Below are positions 59,618 through 64,000 of a DNA stretch of 64,000 nucleotides, piece by piece. The notes beneath the pieces are model-generated. The model worked only from the letters and a program-made list of their open reading frames with translations. It did no database searches and had not been told where the DNA came from. Origin of the DNA: Azolla caroliniana. Lineage: Eukaryota > Plantae > Polypodiophyta. Position 1 is the stretch's first letter. Each line of letters begins with the position of its first letter. The DNA lies in contig JBHGNT010000018.1 of the NCBI GenBank assembly GCA_043228905.1, positions 12,710,001 through 12,774,000 of the forward strand, written 5' to 3'. A program made the translations under genes and the position numbers.

Positions 59618-62600
59618 ATGTCTTTGAGGAAGAGCAGAACCAAACGTCATGGATCTCTCACTCCAGAGGAGGAGGAAGCCAAGGTGAAACTAGCTGTAAA
59701 TGAACATTTAAGTAATTTTTACGAGAGGCTTCTAATATTTCTATGTTGAAATTGTCTTGGTATTCAGCTAATTGAGTTTCGGAGCTCTCTAGGTCCATTG
59801 AGTGGGCGCACTGCTCTCTTTTGTACAGATAAATGCCTCTATCGATACTTGAAAGCAAATAACTGGAGTCTTAAGAAATCTCGAAAGATGTTAAAGGAGA
59901 CAGTCATCTGGAGAGGGAAATACAGACCAGAGGATATCAAATGGGTATATATTTTGAAATTCTGTCTTAAAGAAATACCCCTATTTCATCTTTATTTTTC
60001 TCAGCTTCTTATTGTCAATATCTTTTTCTGATAAAAAGCAGAGCTTAATTTGTTTCAAAATAAGCTGACTTTTCCCCCATTTATCTGGTTACCCTGTATG
60101 TTATGCAGGATGAAATTGCCAAAGAAGCAGAAACGGGGAAAATTTACAGAGCTAGCTTTTCTGATAGGGAAGGAAGGACGGTCCTTGTAATGCGACCTTC
60201 AGTTCAGGTATCCTAATGAATATGAATGTTGGATAAAGACAAGTATACACAGTTTTATTTTTATAACTATGTTATATTACTGTGGGAAATCTCATTCTGT
60301 GGTAAAAAGCCACAGAAATTGATTGAAAAGAAGGCTTGAAACATTCAGGGAAGAGTTTATATAGGTTATTCAATATCCATTAAGACATAGCAAGGGTGTG
60401 AAGAATGGGTCTGTGATAATCTGAATGGTTGTTGTAGATCCTGAAGTAGATTTTGATTATAATGCAATTGGTACTAGATATTGATACCGAACAGATAAAA
60501 AATACGAGGAATCTTTTGTTAAATTTCCCAAAAATAAATAAACAAAGGTGCCACAGGCAAAGTGAACTGTGATGCATACCAACTTTCTATGCTTGTTGAA
60601 TCAGGAGGTGAGAATGCTCGATTAATAGACTATGCAGAGGTAAAAGATCAAACTACTTGTTTGCAAATGAAGATTATTTTATTGCAAGCACATTAATGAG
60701 AGGGGCTAGCACATTTATTTTTTTATCGCTGAACATAGATATTTTTAACAGCAAAGCACACACTATAAAAGCTTTATTTCTTATCTGTCAGATTGTCCAA
60801 AAATGTGGAATTCAACCTTCATTTATATTTGCTTTTATAAATAATTTAAGAAATCAATAAATACTTTTAGCAAATTTAGGGGAAGGTTAATTACAATTGA
60901 GTAAAGAAGAAAACTGGATAAAAAAGATCAAAAGTTGAGATTTATTTTTTATTAATGAAATAGGCTCATTTTATACCATTGATTGTCATGTCCATGGTGC
61001 TGTGGTGCGCATTGATAGGATTAACATGAAAAGAGATCAAAGTTTGTTTTGGTACCACCTACGTCAACTGGTGGACTTGGAGCAAAGAGTGATCAGAGAA
61101 AATGGCTGAGGTGCAGAGAAAACATAGAAAGAGAGGGAGGAGATACAGGTAGGTTTTTGGAGCCCCCCAAAATGAAAATGTTTTAGGGGAAAACGCAGAT
61201 TGTTTTATTAGAATGCTATTTTGAGGCAGTTAGGCTAGTTCACATTGGACAAGTGACCCGAATATGTCGTAGAAGCTCTTAAAGGAGCTCTAGTGTGAAA
61301 GGGCCTTTGCAAATGTTCATATCTGCAGGATTCTGTCTATTGATGATTTTATGCAATGATATGAGTTGATCCTCTATTACCTCCCTGATGAAGTGATATG
61401 GCGCATTGATGCACGTAGTGCATGCATGAAACATGGCATTTGTAGCGAAGTCATTGTTACTTCAGCTATCACAATGAAGGATTCCTGTGCTCTTTGGTAG
61501 ACCCAAATCATAACAGAGATGTGCAAACCATGTGACTTTTTTGGAAACCTCAGTTGCTAAATTATAGTGAGCTTCTATTGTTAATGATGCCACAATCCTC
61601 TGCAATCTAGAACACCATAGAACTACACCATCATCTAGTGTAAGTGCATATGCGCTTGTGGATTTGCATGTATCCACATCACCTGCCATACCAGAGTTAT
61701 AAAATACATGTAATCCAAAGGATCCTTTCCATAATATAGACATTAGCCTATTGTCCTCTTTAAATAACTCATAATTGATTTGATGGCTTCCCATTATGCC
61801 TTGCCAGGATTTGCTGTGACTCTCCTAAGTTCTGTTATGTGTGCAATGTCTGATCCTTTAGCAACTATGCATATGTCAAAGAACCACAAGCTGATGCATA
61901 TGATACAGTCTTCATTTAATTTATTGCCACATATTCTTTTGGGCAGTCTGTTTTATTCAATGTGGCATGTGGCTGCAAAGCTAAACCTAATGATTTTGGA
62001 TTATTCATGTTGAACTTTTCAAGAAGTTTCTCAATGCAACGGGATTGAGGTTCAACTTGATGATACAAGTCATGAGCAGAACAATTTAATAATCAATCAG
62101 GTGTAAATGCAGTTTATTATCTGAATGACTATTTGAACTTTACTGTATTACTTTCTCATCCTGAAAAGCAGGTATCCTGAAATATGATTATACATGTTGC
62201 ATAATACATAGATGTAGCATAAAGACAATAAAAATATGCGAGCCATCCGAAATTTAGGGTTTAGGGTAACCCTTGAAAATGTTTAGCATCATCTACAGTT
62301 TAAATCTTTAAAACGTTTAGCATCAGCCATGGTACATCCATCTCATGAATCATGTGATGAAAGTTAACAGTTGAGAATCAAAAAATATCTGATAAGGTCA
62401 AAGAGCACATAAGTGTATGCTGTCCAAAACTAACAGTCTTCACAATAATGTAATATGATCTGAATAAACCAGAGTCTCTGAATCCTGTTAGTGCTTCTAG
62501 CCTAAATTATTATGGGATGCAACCTTTGTGAAGCATCCACACCACTCACTACAACCATGGGCGCTTGTTCGGTGAGCTGATGGTGCCATCTCCTCAGTCA

Positions 62601-63404
62601 TACGTATATTTACCTATATCTTATTCTAGAGATGCTAAAATATTCTAGATTCTGATGGCAGTGGTGAGATGATGTTAGCAACTGTTACATCGACGAAGAA
62701 ACTGTATTTGAATGCCCAACTTTTTTCCACGTTTTTTTTCTCTACATTCTTTTATTTGCTGATAATGTGATATATTTTTGGTAATGTCAGAACACGAACC
62801 AAATAGAAGGTCAGATGAGATATCTAGTGTATTGCATGGAGAACGCAATCATGAACTTGCCCCCTGATCAGGAGCAAATGGTATGGCTTGTGGAATTTGA
62901 AGGTTGGAGTATGTCCATGATACCTGTGATGACAGTGAGAGAGACAGCACATGTTCTACAAGATCATTATCCCGAGAGACTTGCATATGCCATTTTATAT
63001 AATCCTCCAAAAATCTTTGAGACTTTCTGGAATGTAAGTAGTCTATCAATTTGCTGTTTACAGTTTCCGTTCATCTTCTTTGTCTTTGGCTTTCTTTTTA
63101 AGGTAATCACTTTGGCAGTATTTTTAGTTTAGCTAACTATTCAAAACATTTCTTTTAGCTTGTGAAACCCTTTCTCGACCCCAACACACAAAAGAAAGTG
63201 AAATTTGTATATCCTGGAATTGAAGAAAGTAGAAAGCTTATGGAGAGCCATTTTGACTTAGACCAGCTGGAATCTGCGTTTGGAGGGAAGAATTGTGTAA
63301 TGTTTGACAAAGAGAAGTATGCAACTACAATGAAAGAAGATGATATCAAGTTTAGTTTATCTTTGCAAAGTCCGTCTTCTTTGAGCTTAAATGCAGATAA
63401 TTAG
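59618..63404 (+). CDS. CRAL-TRIO/Sec14-family lipid transfer protein (RSC5/PDR16-like), about 276 aa. Exons 59618-59683, 59768-59944, 60109-60207, 62791-63033, 63159-63404
   Basis: All GT-AG, phase-0 joins, 831 nt in total. Motifs CLYRYLKANNWSLKKS..ML..T..WR..YRPE, EAETGKIYRA..D..GRTVLVMRP, QDHYPERL..LYNPPKIFE, KPFLDP.T.KKVKF. Confidence 0.92.
61270..62080 (-). pseudogene. Old copia RT/RNase H remnant inside intron 3 of the Sec14 gene
   Basis: ORF 61462..61794: AGDVDTCKSTSAY..WCSRLQRIVASLTIEAHY..LHCDS. Confidence 0.75.
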
Positions 63405-64000
63405 TGCTGTACAAGCTGTTTAATGTTTCCAATGGGGCAGAATAATCCAGATGGCAGCATATGCAAATATTCGGAAATCTTAAGAATTAAAAAATGTATG
63501 GTAAATTTTGCATACTAGATATTAACCATTAAAACTTTCAACAATCCATGGATGTCTAAAGGTTTAGACAGCTTTCCACTAGGAAAATTTTAGATTCCAT
63601 CTACGGATGCTGTCAAAAACTTAGATAGCTTTCCAGAGCTTGGCTCGGTCAATTATAAATGCATTTGAATTTTGCAAGTGCTTGTTAAAACTAATGGTGC
63701 AACTGAAGGCCAGATGACTGTAAACAAAAATGAGAAGGGTATGAAAATTAAGGAATTGGCTATCATCCCTTATAATAGCGGCCATGATGCCTTTATGAAA
63801 TGTTCATTTTTATTAGGTGTGTTTTGACTTCACTTCCAAGCCACTGGTATGTTTTTCATATTTCTCTGTTACGATGATATTGATCATGTCAAATATACTT
63901 GGTTAACTATTATAATTATATGATGCAAGATGATTGCTAATGAATTGATATAATATTGAAACGAAGAATTCAAAGACCCAATCCTTGAAAGTAGAGATCA

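Noticed and set aside
62253-62267. TTTAGGG telomere-like repeats (also AACCCTA near 54775)
   Set aside because: Only about two units; too short to call an interstitial telomere.

Overview
Eukaryotic land-plant genomic DNA, most likely a large-genome seedless plant such as a fern or lycophyte (inferred from TE families and intron style). Bases 1-55,200 are a deeply nested transposable-element cluster: several Ty1/copia elements (one young and intact, 36427-41983), Ty3/gypsy chromoviruses, a Tat/Athila-like gypsy with an extra 983-aa ORF, an RTE-type LINE, and a set of solo-LTR-like inserts with TGTCG...GACA ends and 4-bp NCGN target duplications. The right end holds one host gene, a CRAL-TRIO/Sec14 lipid-transfer protein with five coding exons (59618-63404). 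The most unusual item is a cut-and-paste DNA transposon at 6328-28942 (36-bp TIRs, 4-bp TSD TTGG, about 8 kb once nested inserts are removed). It encodes a Sola-like DDD transposase and, divergently, a spliced gene with a ParB/Srx-like domain. The first intron of that gene holds 16 phased copies of a 29-bp palindrome at 51-bp spacing, reminiscent of a bacterial ParB/parS module. All calls were made by eye without database searches.
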